Shown here: positions 63,724-64,000 of the stretch, one piece after another | Layout: each line of letters begins with the position of its first letter | Position numbering within the stretch: the first letter of the stretch is position 1 | Assembly (NCBI RefSeq): GCF_006345805.1 | Contig: NC_043019.1 | Coordinates: forward strand, 28,891,360-28,955,359 | Direction of reading: 5' to 3' | DNA: 64,000 bases | Origin: Octopus sinensis | Taxonomy: Eukaryota | Translations under genes and position numbers: made by a program | The notes under the pieces: model-generated | Told to the model about the DNA's origin: nothing | The model's input: the letters and a program-made list of their open reading frames with translations, nothing else | Database searches by the model: none

Positions 63724-64000
63724 GGTGGAAGCATATGTGAGAATGGGTTCTGTTAAGCATATTTTGTATTTGCACTACTCCAAAGAACCTGGGCTACTTT
63801 TGTCGTGTACCACCCTGTAGTATCTATATATACCTGTGTCTTAAGTTATACATACCACCTTGCTTCATATTAACCTCATCATTCAAAATACAGAAAACAG
63901 AAAACGTTTATTTCAATAGTAAAACTAAAGCAGTGCTGAAATGGCAAACTTGTTTGAGTGTCAAATCAAATGCTGTGCAGTATTATTTCGGCTCTCAACA

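Overview
This window is eukaryotic, very AT-rich animal genomic DNA, dense in (TA)n/(CA)n/(AAT)n microsatellites, SINEs and MITEs. The repeat families look like those of Octopus/coleoid cephalopods (inferred, not verified). One minus-strand, multi-exon gene spans almost all of it: a ZO-1/TJP1/polychaetoid-type MAGUK. I reconstructed 15 phase-consistent exons from 60898 down to 5398 (end of PDZ3, SH3, U5/hook, GUK, low-complexity tail); the 5' exons lie beyond the right edge. Most supplied ORFs are microsatellite or SINE artefacts. Three observations stand out. (1) An intact type I hammerhead ribozyme at 45719-45766 sits in a ~760 bp direct-repeat element (retrozyme/Penelope-like), and several degenerate hammerhead-like repeats occur elsewhere. 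(2) Three frame-preserving microexons (12, 18, 21 nt) lie in the 25 kb intron of the SH3-GUK hook region. (3) A 17 x 42 bp array can splice in frame onto ZO-1 as a Ser/Thr-rich tail, and its unit variants are mostly synonymous. All coordinates and translations were read by hand.
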